Source: Thermomicrobiales bacterium
Lineage (GTDB): Bacteria > Chloroflexota > Chloroflexia > Thermomicrobiales > CFX8
Assembly: GCA_037045155.1 (NCBI GenBank)
Contig: JBAOIG010000002.1
Span: forward strand, 278,433 to 342,432
Length of the DNA stretch: 64,000 bases
Direction of reading: 5' to 3'
Shown in pieces: positions 10,702 through 20,630 of the stretch (its first letter is position 1; each line of letters opens with the position of its first letter). The position numbers and the translations under genes are program-made. The notes beneath the pieces are model-generated. The model saw nothing but the letters and a program-made list of their open reading frames with translations. It had not been told where the DNA came from and did not search any database.

Positions 10702-11488
10702 CTACGGGCCGGGAGTCGCCCCCGATTCCCAGGCGAGCGCGTCGAGGATACCGCCAACGACTTCTCTCGCCGAGAACGACCGGTCGTAGTACGTCGCCGA
10801 GCCATCATCGCCCAGAATGAAGCGCTCAACACCCCACCAGACCGGTCCGGATGCCGTTTGCACGAGCGGCTCAAACGCCACGTCCGCTCGGTTGCTCCGA
10901 GTCGCGACAAGCCCGAGCAGGATTCGTTCGCCCACAGCCAGCAACTCGGACGGAGCGTGCACGACGGAGGAGTCGTCGACCGTCCCACCCTCGACAACGA
11001 CGACGAGCCGCGTCGTGTCGACGGGGAACGCAGTTGCCCCACGGTCATCTCGCGGAATGAGGGGTCCCGTCATCTTGCGCAGGTAATCCGGCACGTCGAG
11101 CTCAAGTACAAACGGGGTGATGATGGTATATCGCTCAGGAACGTCAACGAGCAGGTCGGCCGGGCGGCTACCATCTGGTGTTGTCCAGCGCGCCGGCTGC
11201 TCCTCGACGACACGACCGATGACGAAGAGGTCGTACCCCTGAACCAGCAGATCCGGACGGAACGTCGGATCATATCATAGTGAGAACGAATCCATCAGGG
11301 TACGCGTCATCCGTCGCCGCCGGTTCAACGTGAGCGGTTGGAGACGATTCAACAGGCGTGGCGACCTCCGGGGATGCATCCGCCGCGCTCCCGGTCGGTA
11401 CGACATCCGGCGCGCCACATGCGATCACCAGAAGACACACGACGACGATGAAGAGTTGGCGCGCGGGCTGTCGTGTTGCCATCGGCAC
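10702..11488 (-). pseudogene. Lipoprotein of unknown function, split by one frameshift.
   Basis: ORF 11270..11488 encodes a lipobox signal peptide (MPMATRQPARQLFIVVVCLLVIACG) and stops after ..YPDGFVLTMI. The frame of ORF 10702..11094 is open right up to that stop (YDPTFRPDLLVQGYDLFVIGRVVEEQPARW..). The junction is at about 11265-11275 (actatgatatgatcc). Confidence 0.55.
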
Positions 11489-11691
11489 AGCTCCTGTTCG
11501 ATCAGGTGCGGGAACATCTTACGTCTATACAAGGGGGTGGTGTCAATACTTTCTCGTCCGATCACTCATGGTATCGAATGCAACACCATCGAGTTGCGCG
11601 ATGCGAAACCATCGCACTCACTTCGTTCCCGAGTCGTTCTGAGACGATCGAGTGCAGTGATACTGTCACCCTTGGGGGCGCTACTGCCTCT

Positions 11692-11783
11692 GTCATTCTG
11701 AGCGGAGCGAAGAATCCGTCCCTCTCCGGCGGCAGCGAACCAGCGCGGGGAAACGGATCCTTCGGCTGCGGCCTCAGGATGAC
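11692..11783. repeat. Single copy of the palindromic (REP/MITE-like) hairpin element.
   Basis: The arms GTCATTCTGAGCGGAGCGAAGAATCCGTC ... GACGGATCCTTCGGCTGCGGCCTCAGGATGAC form an imperfect inverted repeat around a ~30-nt loop. Same family as 38.6, 47.5 and 57.0 kb. Confidence 0.8.
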
Positions 11784-11978
11784 AGAGAGTCGGGAGGCTG
11801 CCGACCCGACATACTCACTGCGTTCGTCTACTGAGCTGATCGAGTGCGACGGGCAAGGCGTCGCCAAGATGACCGTGGTTGCTGACCATGGCAGCTGCAA
11901 CGACACCCAGTGGACCAGGAATGAGAAGGAGAGAATGAGGCTGCGGTCACATCTGCACAGAGGATCGTCCCCCACCCA

Positions 11979-12893
11979 TCATCCTTCATCCCGCTTGCCA
12001 CCGAACGCCCCGGCCGCCTGGCGCAGTGCGGCGACGAACGCCTCGGAGACCGGCGCGAGCGACTCGTCGCGGGCGGCGCGGGCCAGCGCCAGATGGCGCT
12101 CGAAGCGTGGCGCGTCGGTGAGCTGGAGCTCGGCGAGGTAGCCCTCCAGCAGATCGTCGGCGACCAGGTCTTCGGTCAGGAAGGCGACGCCGCCGCGCCG
12201 TCGTAGCAGCCGGCGGGCGGTCGCGAACGGCGCTTCGATCACCGCGCCTGCGCCGTGCGGCGTCGCCCGGACCGCCTCGACGAACGTCGCGTCCCAGCGA
12301 ATCAGCACGAACGGGTTGCCGCCGGCGATCGCCTCGGCGAACGACACCGACCCACCGCGGGCCAGCGGGTGGGCCGGCGAGGCGACAGGAACCAGCCGCT
12401 CGTGAAGCTCGACCAGCGCAATCAGCCCGGCCGGCGGCGGCGCCCAGCCAACGATGCCCAGCGTCAGTACGCCGTCGCGCAGCAGCTCGGCGATCTCGTC
12501 ACTCTCGCCGGCCCGGACCTCGATCCCGACCGCCGGGTGCTCGTCGCGGAAGGCAGCGAGCGCGCGGGCCACGAACCCGCCGGCCAGCGAGTCGAGCAAC
12601 CCGATCGCCAGCGCGCCCTGCTCGCCGGCTGCCGTCGCCCGCGCCGCCGCGACCCCCTCGTCCAGCACCTCCAGCGCCCGGCGGGCGTACGGCAGGAAGG
12701 CACGGCCCATCTCGCTCAGCGCGATCGTCCGCCCCATCCGGACGAACAGCTCGCCGCCGACCTCCGCCTCCAGCACCCGGATCCGCGCGCTGATCGTCCC
12801 CTGGGCGATCCCCATCTCCGCCGCCGCCCGGCTGAAGCTCCCCACCCGCGCGATCCGCTCGAACGCCAGCAGCTGGTCGCGATCCACGGCCAT
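11979..12893 (-). CDS. LysR-family transcriptional regulator.
   Basis: N-terminal HTH (LLAFERIARVGSFSRAAAEMGIAQGTISARIRVLE) followed by a LysR substrate-binding-type domain. ATG 12893 is preferred (GGGGG upstream); the ORF extends to 12929. Confidence 0.85.
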   Translation of the reverse strand: MAVDRDQLLAFERIARVGSFSRAAAEMGIAQGTISARIRVLEAEVGGELFVRMGRTIALSEMGRAFLPYARRALEVLDEGVAAARATAAGEQGALAIGLLDSLAGGFVARALAAFRDEHPAVGIEVRAGESDEIAELLRDGVLTLGIVGWAPPPAGLIALVELHERLVPVASPAHPLARGGSVSFAEAIAGGNPFVLIRWDATFVEAVRATPHGAGAVIEAPFATARRLLRRRGGVAFLTEDLVADDLLEGYLAELQLTDAPRFERHLALARAARDESLAPVSEAFVAALRQAAGAFGGKRDEG

Positions 12894-12986
12894 CACCCCC
12901 GATCGATCGAAATTGTCGATCGAGAGCATAAATCAGATCGACCTGAATGAGGACAGACATCGCAGGGGCGAACACAAGGCTCGCCC

Positions 12987-13790
12987 CTACAAGTCGATGA
13001 ACGTCGCCTTGCGTCCCTCGAAGCGCGTGATCGCAGTGAACCCGGCGGCGTCGAGCAGCTCGCGGGCGTCGTCGAAGCGGTAGCCGATATGCTCCGGGCG
13101 GTGGGCGTCGGAGCCGACGGTGACGATCTCGCCGCCCAGCTCGCGATACCACTGCAACACCGGCAGATCGGGCGACGGCTTACCGACCGGCCGGCGGGCC
13201 GTGCCGGTGTTGATCTCGATCCCGATCCCCCGCTCGATCGCCGCGCGAAGGACGGCGCGTAGCGGCTCCTCGTAATCGTTGCTGTCGTAGCCGTTCTCGA
13301 TGCTGAATCCGGCCCGCTTCGGCACGTCGATATGACCGATCACGTCGAACCCGCCGGCATCGACGACCTCCAGCAGCTCGGCGTAGTACGTCTCGTAGGC
13401 GGCTTTCGGCGTCCAGCCCTCGAAGTAGCCTGGCGTCAGCGTCAACCGGCTGGTCACCCAGTGGAGCGAGCCGATGACGAAGTCGTATGGTTGCGCGGAG
13501 AGAAGCTGCGCCGCCTCGACGCCAAACCGGTGGATCTCGCCGATCTCGACACCCGCCCGGATCGTCAGGCGATCGCCGTATCGCTCGCGGTTGGCGGCCA
13601 GCTCGGCAAAGTAGGCATCCGGGCGGTAGAAGCCCGAGCAGCTGTCCAGAGGCTCCCAGTCGGAATGATCGGTGACGCAGATCTCGCGCAGCCCCAGCGC
13701 GATCGCCGCCTCGCACTGCGCCGCCATCGTCGCCTGCGAGTCGCAGGAGAACGCCGTGTGCAGATGGTAGTCGTTCGGAACTCGACTCAT
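12987..13790 (-). CDS. PHP-domain phosphatase (histidinol-phosphatase HisJ family).
   Basis: DYHLHTAFSCDS, ICVTDHSDW, GSLHW, IGHIDVPKR and GSDAH metal-ligand motifs typical of the PHP/HisJ family. Confidence 0.8.
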   Translation of the reverse strand: MSRVPNDYHLHTAFSCDSQATMAAQCEAAIALGLREICVTDHSDWEPLDSCSGFYRPDAYFAELAANRERYGDRLTIRAGVEIGEIHRFGVEAAQLLSAQPYDFVIGSLHWVTSRLTLTPGYFEGWTPKAAYETYYAELLEVVDAGGFDVIGHIDVPKRAGFSIENGYDSNDYEEPLRAVLRAAIERGIGIEINTGTARRPVGKPSPDLPVLQWYRELGGEIVTVGSDAHRPEHIGYRFDDARELLDAAGFTAITRFEGRKATFIDL

Positions 13791-13814
13791 CGTCCCCTCA
13801 TCCTCAGTCCCAGA

Positions 13815-14579
13815 CTATACGGCGGCCCAGCCTCCGTCGGCAGCGATGATCGCGCCGTTGATCTGGCGCGACTCGTCCGACGCGAGGAAGAGCGCGACAT
13901 TGGCGATGTCCTCCGGCGCGAGGAAGGCCGGCAGGAGCGCGTGGAACTCGCCCGCCCGGGCCATGCCGACCATGTCGAGCCGGTCCTGCGGCATCGTCTC
14001 GGCGATGTTCGTCGCCGTCGCGCCGGGGCAGATCGCGTTGCAGCGGATGCCGCGCTTCGCGTACATCCAGGCCGTGTTGCGCGTCAGCCCGATCAGCGCG
14101 TGCTTGGAGGTGGTGTAGGCCGCGCCGCCCGCGCCGCCATGGAGGCCGGCGATCGAGGCGATGTTGATGATCGAGCCGCCGCCGTGCTCCAGCATGTGCG
14201 TGACCGCGCGACGGCTGGCGAACATCGGGCCATCAACGTTGATGCCGATCACCCGCCGCCAGATCTCGTCGGTGACCTCGCCGACGCCCTGCATGTAGTC
14301 GGATATGCCGGCGTTGTTGACCAGCACATCCAGCCGGCCATACGCCGCGATGGCCCGCTCGACCAGCTCGTCCGCCGTCGCCGGGTCGGCGATGTCCCCC
14401 TGCACGCCGATGGCCGCGCCGCCGTCGGCGGTCAGCGTCTTCACCGCCGCATCCAGCCGCTCGCCGTTCCAGTCGGCCGCCACGACGCTGGCTCCCTCGG
14501 CGACAAACCGCGTCGCCATCGCCAGCCCGATCCCCGACGCCGCCCCGGTGATGATCGCTACCTTGCCGCTCAGTCGCAT
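13815..14579 (-). CDS. Short-chain dehydrogenase/reductase (SDR).
   Basis: TGAASGIGLA cofactor motif, NNAG, and the catalytic YTTSKHAL (YxxxK). Confidence 0.9.
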   Translation of the reverse strand: MRLSGKVAIITGAASGIGLAMATRFVAEGASVVAADWNGERLDAAVKTLTADGGAAIGVQGDIADPATADELVERAIAAYGRLDVLVNNAGISDYMQGVGEVTDEIWRRVIGINVDGPMFASRRAVTHMLEHGGGSIINIASIAGLHGGAGGAAYTTSKHALIGLTRNTAWMYAKRGIRCNAICPGATATNIAETMPQDRLDMVGMARAGEFHALLPAFLAPEDIANVALFLASDESRQINGAIIAADGGWAAV

Positions 14580-14606
14580 GATCGTTCCTTTCTCATCCCT
14601 TTTGCC

Positions 14607-17084
14607 TCATCCCCCATCCCTCATCTCCATCCCCGCCGCGAACAGCGTGTTGAACAGCAGCCGGTAAGCGCCGCGCGCCTGGGCGCGGAACTGCGGGCGG
14701 AAGCCGAAGAGGATGACACGGCCCTTGTCGACTGGCACATCCAGCAGCGCCGCCTTGCCACGCAGGTGCTCGCCGCCGAGCATCCAGCCAGAGAGTAGCT
14801 GGTTCTGCAGCGGGTAGCGTCCGACGACAGTCGCCCCGCCGTTCGGGGAGACGACATCGAAGGCCGGCGAGCTGACAAACAGCACCGCAGCCTCCCGCTC
14901 ATACCCCCAGGCAATCGGATGAGTCGGGTCGAGCAGCAGCCGTAGCAGCGAGCCGGGATTATAGAACGTCTCCGGCCGCACACCCTCCAGAACATTCGTC
15001 ACAGGTAGATAGAGCTGCTTGATCGCCACCTCGCAGGCAGCATCGAGCGCGACGAGTGTGCCGCCACCTTCGACGAAGCGACGCAGATTGGTCATGCCCA
15101 GTTCGCCAATCCCGCCGGAGTACTGCTTCGGGTATTCGGATGCCGGGTTGCCCTCCAGAATGTCGCGCGCCGACTGCTGGGGCAGGACGATGGCGTCGAA
15201 CCGCGCGCCGAGGCTGCCCTGACGCAGGTCGCGGTCGCGGATTGTCTCGAACCGCTGGTCGTAGCGCTCGAAGATGAAGCGCGTCCAGCCCTCGTCGATC
15301 CCATTCGGCCGCCACGAGCGATAGAGCCCCACCCGTGGCGTGGTCAGCCGCGCGATCGCGTCGCCCAGATCATTCCGCCCGGCCGCGTTTGCGACGACGT
15401 GCGTCGCCCGCGCGACCTGCTCGACCGTCGCACGCGCCAGACCCTCGACGACGAACGTGCCGATCGGGAGGCTCCCGCCCTGAGCTGCGACGCGAGAGAC
15501 ACGCCCGCCGGCCGCCAGCAGCTGGTTGACCGCCCGCACGCTGGCGTTCACTCGCGGGTCGAGCGTGTAGAGTTCGCCGCTCCCGTCGACCCCGCCTTCC
15601 GGCATGGCAATCCGTTCGACCGGCGTCAGCTCTGCTTCGAACGGGTGCTCCACCTGGATCGTCTCGACCCCCATCTGGATCGGCAACGAGTGGGCGGTGA
15701 TGTCGTAGGGCGGCTTCGGCGGGCCGCCCGGATAGAGGCGCAGATCGGGGTAGTGTTGCGTCTGCAGCATCGTCGTGGCGAAGCGGCCGGCCGGCTGGCC
15801 GGCCAGGACGACGTGCGAGCCGGCCGGGAACTCGACGCCATCTGCCACGATCGGCTCGACTGCCTGCTGAATCTCGACCGCGCCAGTGCGCAGCACATCC
15901 AGCAGCTCGGCGGCGGTGACCGGGTCGGGCTGGCCGGCGGGGACGACGAATGCGTACGGCGCGCTGGCCTCGACAGCGTGGCGCTGGATCGCGAGGAAAT
16001 TGCGCACCCAGCGGTCGCGCCAGACGGCGGCGGTGTTGAGCGCGGCCCAGGTGGCGATCGTGTTGTAGTCGACGATGTCGCGCAACGTCCAGTCGCCGCC
16101 AGTCCACGGCAGCGGGTGGTTCCATGTCGCGACTTTCGGATCGAATCCCCGCCGCTCGGGCAGCTGGGCTTCGGTGAGCACGATCGGTGTCGCGATTCGC
16201 ACGCTGGCCGCCTCCGACAGGATGCGGACCCCGCCGTGGTAGTGCTGGTAGGCGCGCGAGGGGGAATAGGCGTCGAAGATGATGTTGGTCGCCACGCCGG
16301 CCTTGCCGGCCGCCGTCAGATCGGCAGCCATCGCCTGGCCCATCAACGCCACCTCGGAGCGGAGGATCGGGTCGACATTCGGGTCGTAGGGGTCGATGAA
16401 CGGCGGCAGCACGTAGCGCGCGCCATCCGGCATCATCTGATGCTGGTCGAAGACGATGTGTGGGTGCCAGACGTTATGGATCTGCTCGATTGCCAGCCGC
16501 GTCTCGGCCTGGGTAAACATGAACCAGTCGCGGTTATTATCGTGACCCGTATAGGTATGGTAGAGCGTCGGCGGCTGGGAACCCTCGTGAGGAGTGCCGA
16601 GCGTCTGCTCGTACCAGTCGGCGACCAGCTCCATCCCGTCGGGATTGAGCGAGGGAACCAGCAGCAGGATCACCTCGTCGAGGATGCGCTGGACCTCGGG
16701 GTCGTCGCGCGTGGCGAGATCGTAGACAAGCTCCGGCGTCATCTGGACAGCGCCGACCTCGGTTGCATGGATCGAGCATGTCAGCAGCAGGACGGAGCGG
16801 CCTTCGATGACGAGTGACTCAGCCTCATCATCGGCCAGCCCACGCGGGTCGAACAGCTGCTGCTGGATCGCGCGATAGCGATCGAGTCGGGCGAGGTTGT
16901 CGGGAGCGGAGATTGTCAGCAGCACGAACGGCTGGCCCTCGGTTGCGATTCCGAGCTGCTCGTATCGCACGCGGTCGCTGGCGGCGGCAACCTCCTGAAA
17001 ATAGGCCAACATGTCCGGCCAGCGCACCAGCTTCCGGTCGCTGCCCATCCGAAAGCCAAATCGTGCCTGAGGCTGCTGGATCAT
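14607..17084 (-). CDS. Large M14-family zinc carboxypeptidase-like protein.
   Basis: [16 protein letters not shown] and [11 protein letters not shown] motifs of the M14 fold. Single uninterrupted 825-aa ORF. Confidence 0.8.
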   Translation of the reverse strand: MIQQPQARFGFRMGSDRKLVRWPDMLAYFQEVAAASDRVRYEQLGIATEGQPFVLLTISAPDNLARLDRYRAIQQQLFDPRGLADDEAESLVIEGRSVLLLTCSIHATEVGAVQMTPELVYDLATRDDPEVQRILDEVILLLVPSLNPDGMELVADWYEQTLGTPHEGSQPPTLYHTYTGHDNNRDWFMFTQAETRLAIEQIHNVWHPHIVFDQHQMMPDGARYVLPPFIDPYDPNVDPILRSEVALMGQAMAADLTAAGKAGVATNIIFDAYSPSRAYQHYHGGVRILSEAASVRIATPIVLTEAQLPERRGFDPKVATWNHPLPWTGGDWTLRDIVDYNTIATWAALNTAAVWRDRWVRNFLAIQRHAVEASAPYAFVVPAGQPDPVTAAELLDVLRTGAVEIQQAVEPIVADGVEFPAGSHVVLAGQPAGRFATTMLQTQHYPDLRLYPGGPPKPPYDITAHSLPIQMGVETIQVEHPFEAELTPVERIAMPEGGVDGSGELYTLDPRVNASVRAVNQLLAAGGRVSRVAAQGGSLPIGTFVVEGLARATVEQVARATHVVANAAGRNDLGDAIARLTTPRVGLYRSWRPNGIDEGWTRFIFERYDQRFETIRDRDLRQGSLGARFDAIVLPQQSARDILEGNPASEYPKQYSGGIGELGMTNLRRFVEGGGTLVALDAACEVAIKQLYLPVTNVLEGVRPETFYNPGSLLRLLLDPTHPIAWGYEREAAVLFVSSPAFDVVSPNGGATVVGRYPLQNQLLSGWMLGGEHLRGKAALLDVPVDKGRVILFGFRPQFRAQARGAYRLLFNTLFAAGMEMRDGG

Positions 17085-17190
17085 GGTCGTGTCCTTCCTC
17101 GTTGCGTCATTGCCGGCGATCGTACCCGATGACAGGCCGGCGTGGCGTCTTTACAATCCAACCCGATCGACCAGATGGCAGGGGTATCGA

Positions 17191-18309
17191 GTGGTTTCGA
17201 GCGCACGGAAACCAGCGCGCGGATATAGACGGGTAACGCGGGAGCTCCACCTGGCGCCCGTGCTGGTCGCGCTCGTGTTGCTGGTGGCCGGCTGCCGGAT
17301 TGGATCGCCGCCGACTCCGACACCACCGATCAGCGCCAGCCCGACGGAGACGCTCACCCCGGCTGGCGATGTCCTGCGGATCAATGGTGTGCCGGTGCGG
17401 CGAATCGTGATTCCATCGGCGAGCATCGGCCCGATCTTCGCGCTCGCCGCCGACACGCTCTATCGCATGGAGAAGGGAACGTGGACGCCGATCGGCAACG
17501 ATCGCCTCGGTCGTCACTACCTCGTCGACCCCGAAGATCTCGAGCGCGTCTTCCGTGGCCGGCACCGTGTCTGCGGCGGCAGCCCGCCCGAGCCGGACGT
17601 CCCGATGGAGGAATCGAAGGACGGCGGCCTGCACTGGCGGCAGCTGACACTGGGAACGAATATCGAGCCGATGCTGTTTGACCCGAACGACCACGAGGTG
17701 ATCTACGGCGCGGACTGCAACAGTCTGGTCATCTCGACGAATGCGGGGAACACCTGGAGCCGGATCGACCCGCTGCCAGGCTACTCTATCGTCGATGTCC
17801 GGCTGATCGGCACGATGTTGCTGGTGCTGGGCATCAATCCGGTCGGAACGTCCGCGCTGTCCGCGGTAGATGTCACCGACCCACACACGCCAGAGGCCGG
17901 CGGAATACTACTGACCGCCAACGGCAAGGCGCGGATGGACGCCACTCGTGAGCTGATCGTCGTCGCAGGGGCAGGATCGATCCACACGTCCTCCGATGGC
18001 GGGCAGACCTGGTCCGAGACAGAGGCGCTGGTCGAGGTCGACCCCGTCCAGACTCCCCCGGCCGGCGCGACTGCGGCCGGGAATCCACTGGGGAATGTGC
18101 TGTCTCTCCGGATCGGGCCATCGAAGATCAAGCGACTCTACGCTGGCACGGCGGCCGGCCTGATCGTCTCGCAGGACGACGGGCTCACCTGGGTGCGCTA
18201 CGACGGGGTCTCCGCCACCGCGATCGTCACCGAGATCCAGTTCGGCCTGGCTAACGCCGACCTCTACGTCACAACCGACCCGGGGGTGATCATGGTCCCG
18301 GCGCCGTAG
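17191..18309 (+). CDS. Lipoprotein with BNR/Asp-box repeats (Ycf48/sialidase-like propeller).
   Basis: Asp-boxes SKDGGLHW, STNAGNTW, SSDGGQTW and SQDDGLTW. Lipobox LLVAGC. The start is uncertain: GTG 17191 gives a charged n-region plus lipobox, and the ORF extends to ATG 17083. Confidence 0.7.
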   Translation: MVSSARKPARGYRRVTRELHLAPVLVALVLLVAGCRIGSPPTPTPPISASPTETLTPAGDVLRINGVPVRRIVIPSASIGPIFALAADTLYRMEKGTWTPIGNDRLGRHYLVDPEDLERVFRGRHRVCGGSPPEPDVPMEESKDGGLHWRQLTLGTNIEPMLFDPNDHEVIYGADCNSLVISTNAGNTWSRIDPLPGYSIVDVRLIGTMLLVLGINPVGTSALSAVDVTDPHTPEAGGILLTANGKARMDATRELIVVAGAGSIHTSSDGGQTWSETEALVEVDPVQTPPAGATAAGNPLGNVLSLRIGPSKIKRLYAGTAAGLIVSQDDGLTWVRYDGVSATAIVTEIQFGLANADLYVTTDPGVIMVPAP

Positions 18310-18549
18310 TGGCGGTGATGGCGGTGAGGGTGGCGGTGAGATCACGACGACGCCGACCCATCGCACATGCTACACTGGTGCGATCGATCAATGAATGAGC
18401 GACTCCGGGCGGTTGGCAGTCAGATGGGGTGATCCAGGCCAACGTCCGTTTGTCGTACGACCGACGCAACAGGCAGCTGGTCATGCAAGTGCCTCGCCGG
18501 GGCCAATATTGGCAATTGCATGAAGCCCCGGGAGGCGAGGGAACGCTAC

Positions 18550-19474
18550 GTGGGACGATTCATTATTGGGCGGCTACTTGCCGTTATTCCGACCCTCCTA
18601 CTAGTGTACACACTCACTTTTGTTGTCATGCACGCGACACCAGGTGGGCCGTGGGATAATTCAGAGAAGCCGCTTCCGAAAGCAGTTGTGGAAGCCATTC
18701 GGGCAAAATATAACCTGGATAAGCCGCTATGGAAGCAATATCTGTATTATTTATGGGATGTACTGCACGGTGACTTCGGTCCTTCGTTCACGAATTCATC
18801 ACAGTCCGCGTCGGATATCGTTCGGAACTTCCTGCCTGTATCAATTGCAGCTGGGCCTTGTAGCGATGCTGATCGGGATTCCGTTAGGTATTGGCCTGGG
18901 CCTGCTCGCGGCGCTCAAACAGAACACTGCCGCGGATTACACGGCTATGTTCGTGGCAGTCATCGGGATCTCAACACCGAGTTATGTCACCGCAACATTG
19001 CTCATCGTCGTGCTTTCGCTGAAGTTGCATCTCGTTCCGACGAGCGGATGGGGCGGCATCTTCAGTTCCCACATCGTCATCCCGGCTCTGGCGCTGTCGT
19101 TCGCGCCTGCCGCGTCACTTGCCCGATATACGCGCTCGGCGACGCTGGAGATCATGCGCCAGGATTACATCCGGACCGCCCGCGCTAAGGGACTCCACGG
19201 ACGCTCGATTGTCTTACGTCACGTGCTGAAGAACGCGCTTATCCCTATCGTGACAGTCGGTGGGTTGATCTTCGCCGGCATTATCACAGGTTCATTTTTC
19301 GTCGAGACCGTCGTCGGTGTGCCGGGTATTGGTCGCTATTTCGTCACTGCCGCAACCGCTCGGGACTACCCGGTTCTCATGGCGATCACGCTGCTCTTTG
19401 CCGTCATCATCATCATGATGAATCTGCTTGTCGATGTCGCCTACGCCTTCCTGGATCCACGAATCCGATTCTGA
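18550..19474 (+). pseudogene. Opp/Dpp-type ABC peptide permease (DppB-like) with one frameshift.
   Basis: The N-terminus VGRFIIGRLLAVIPTLLLVYTLTFVVMHATPGGP is in the frame of ORF 18520..19188. The rest (QLGLVAMLIGIPLGIGLG...DVAYAFLDPRIRF) is in the frame of ORF 18620..19474. The switch is at about 18841-18850 (..NFLPVSI|QLGLV..). Confidence 0.8.
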
Positions 19475-19506
19475 GGCAATGCGTTCACATTGGTGAAGGG
19501 GAAGCT

Positions 19507-20490
19507 GTGACTACGCCGGTTGCAACAGACAACAAGGCTAACGATCGGGATCACTCCCTCGCCGGAGCCTCATTTACGAACAGCCGCCAGCGCAGCCTCA
19601 CACGCGATGCCATGATTCGGCTGCGTCGCAATAAGGCGGCGGTTACCGGGCTTGCCATTATCATTATCGTTCTGCTTCTCGCGATTTTGGCCCCACTGCT
19701 CGCCCCTTATAACCCTAACAAACAGGACCTTCTCCAGACGTACGCAACACCCAGTCGGAGCCACCTGCTAGGAACAGACATCCTCGGCCGTGACATTCTC
19801 AGCCGCTTGCTGTTCGGTGCTCGTGTTTCAATGAGCGTCGCACTTGTCACAACGACCCTTGCGGTCCTGATTGGCCTACCGATCGGGCTTGCATCGGGGT
19901 TCATCGGAGGAAAGACCGACTTCATCATCATGCGGATCGTCGATGCCTTCTACGCGTTTCCTGACTTGCTCTTCATCATTATCATCTCGACATATCTGAA
20001 CGCGGCCCTTCCCCATGCGACCAGTGGGTTTCTCCTCGTACTGAAGCACGTCAACGACTTCGCAGGTGGCCTGGCCGGCGTGTTCATCGCATTGGCTCTC
20101 TTTGGCTGGCTGGGATTGAGTCGGGTCGTTCGTGGTCAGGTTCTGTCGATCCGCAACCGGGAATATGTGACATCGGCTGAATCTATTGGCGCCGGGAAGC
20201 TTCGGATCATGTTTCTCCATATCCTCCCGAACTCGTTAGCGCCGATCATCATTCTAGTTGCTCTTCTGTTGCCACAGTTCATCATCGCTGAGGCTGGACT
20301 CAGCTTCATTGGGCTTGGGGTTCAGCCGCCAAACGCAAGCTGGGGAATCATGATTTCTGAGGGTGTCCCGGCCCTGCGCGCCCATCCGCACGTGATGCTG
20401 GTTCCGGGCATTACACTTTCCATCACGCTGCTAGCTTTCAACTTCTTCGGGGACGGGCTCCGCGACGCACTTGACCCATCGATGCATTGA
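19507..20490 (+). CDS. Opp/Dpp-type ABC peptide permease (DppC-like).
   Basis: N-terminal OppC-type region (RLRRNKAAVTGLAIIIIVLLLAILAPLLAPYNP..HLLGTDILGRD) and the EAA-loop region (REYVTSAESIGAGKLRIMFLHILPN). Confidence 0.9.
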   Translation: MTTPVATDNKANDRDHSLAGASFTNSRQRSLTRDAMIRLRRNKAAVTGLAIIIIVLLLAILAPLLAPYNPNKQDLLQTYATPSRSHLLGTDILGRDILSRLLFGARVSMSVALVTTTLAVLIGLPIGLASGFIGGKTDFIIMRIVDAFYAFPDLLFIIIISTYLNAALPHATSGFLLVLKHVNDFAGGLAGVFIALALFGWLGLSRVVRGQVLSIRNREYVTSAESIGAGKLRIMFLHILPNSLAPIIILVALLLPQFIIAEAGLSFIGLGVQPPNASWGIMISEGVPALRAHPHVMLVPGITLSITLLAFNFFGDGLRDALDPSMH

Positions 20491-20630
20491 TACGGGAAGT
20501 GTGGCCGACGTGCCGTCTTTGTCATTGTCCGCCGTCGTAAGCGAGAGGAGCAGTGAGCGGACGACCTCGTAGAGCATAGAGGATGATCCCGGGGATCTGT
20601 TCACATTGTCTTTCACGAAGGAGGGGACCC

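Noticed and set aside
10381-11488. Prophage or integrative-element remnant, suggested by an excisionase-like HTH gene and slightly lower GC.
   Set aside because: No integrase, att-like repeats, tRNA target or phage genes are present. A lone HTH_17-type protein is common as an ordinary regulator.
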